NCBI GenBank assembly: GCA_030390025.1
Contig: CM059438.1
Coordinates: 70,062,001 to 70,126,000 of the forward strand
Direction of reading: 5' to 3'
From: Squalus acanthias
Taxonomy: Eukaryota
Length of the DNA stretch: 64,000 nucleotides
The number at the start of each line of letters is the position of its first letter. The first letter of the stretch is position 1. Below, piece after piece: positions 63,401 through 64,000 of the stretch. A program made the translations under genes and the position numbers. A model generated the notes under the pieces. The model saw only the letters and a program-made list of their open reading frames with translations. It was not told the origin of the DNA and made no database searches.

Positions 63401-63492
63401 CATGCTCAGTTTGCTCTGGCCTAGTAAAGCAAGCACATGAACTAGCAACTCATCCTGTTTGTCCTTCATTTGTTCTACCCACATATATTACA
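60438..63492 (+). mobile_element. Gypsy (Mag-like) LTR retrotransposon, internally deleted and decayed
   Basis: LTRs at 60438-60559 and 63370-63492. 5-bp TSD ATACT at 60433-60437 and 63493-63497. Gag from about 60695 with two Cys/His knuckles (CYRCNGNHSPQSC, CFHCQKQGHFLEAC). Protease IDTAAD; RT FSKLDL, LPYG and QDD; RNase H CDASSYGVGAV. No integrase core found. Confidence 0.93.
60564..60581 (+). promoter_or_regulatory. Primer-binding site, probably for tRNA-Ser(GCU)
   Basis: TGGCAACGAGAATGGGAT just downstream of the 5' LTR. Two mismatches to TGGCGACGAGGATGGGAT, the recalled complement of the tRNA-Ser(GCU) 3' end. Confidence 0.75.
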
Positions 63493-64000
63493 ATACTCCA
63501 GCTTTTGTTTTTAACAACTTACCACTTCACATTGTTCCTTTATTAACGACTTGAATTACCAACACTAAATGGCTGCGGCAAAATTAATTCTTATTAATGG
63601 TGTCAATCCAGCAATTTCATGACACACAATGGGGAAGCTCACGGTGAGATGGTAATTTTTTTGTTTTTGGCGAGGTTAACGGCAGATCATTGCAATTCAT
63701 CCAGCAATTTGTGGCGAATCACAACTCATGGTGTATCTCTTTGCCACAAATTGTTGGTTTTTTTTACACTCTAATGATGGCGTGCGCTGTGAACTCGCGA
63801 GTATCCTTCCAGCAATTTCTGGGTCAGTATTACAGATGATCAGGACATCGCAGAGATATTGAATGGATTCTTCAAATTAGTCTTTCACCATAAGCACTAT
63901 AGGTAAATTTCAGTCATAGTAAATAGGATGAATCATCCATAGTACATACTAAAGTTAGTCAAGAATATGTTGCACAGAAACTGGAAGAATTAAATATCCG

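Noticed and set aside
1..64000. Additional ASTN2 exons (upstream ..CEHQCDPET; downstream EEAMLSTYFET..) or a nested gene such as TRIM32
   Set aside because: A by-eye search of the sequence and the ORF track found no match. They probably lie outside the window, although a short exon could have been missed.

Overview
This is eukaryotic, repeat-rich DNA. The repeat repertoire points to a cartilaginous fish, probably a shark (inference). The only host coding sequence is three consecutive, phase-compatible + strand exons of astrotactin-2 (ASTN2): 26872-26956, 33370-33444 and 39760-39897. The flanking exons were not found, so the rest of the window is probably ASTN2 intron. That sequence is dominated by transposable elements: many CR1-type and L2-type LINE fragments (mostly antisense to the gene), two or three SINE families, a complete hAT DNA transposon (TIRs, 8-bp TSD, nearly intact BED-finger transposase), several MITEs, an internally deleted Mag-like Gypsy element with about 122-bp LTRs, and two families of Penelope-like elements (PLEs) carrying minimal type I hammerhead ribozyme (HHR) motifs. 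The most interesting observations are: (1) a 330-bp TSD-flanked tandem-HHR insert resembling a retrozyme; (2) an intact-core HHR in the sense strand of the ASTN2 pre-mRNA, with its own 150-nt antisense copy 1.1 kb upstream; (3) a de novo 39-bp-arm hairpin created inside a CR1 tail; (4) a hAT element that is a candidate for horizontal transfer. Family names come from motif recognition; no database search was run. Boundaries of elements without TSDs are approximate.
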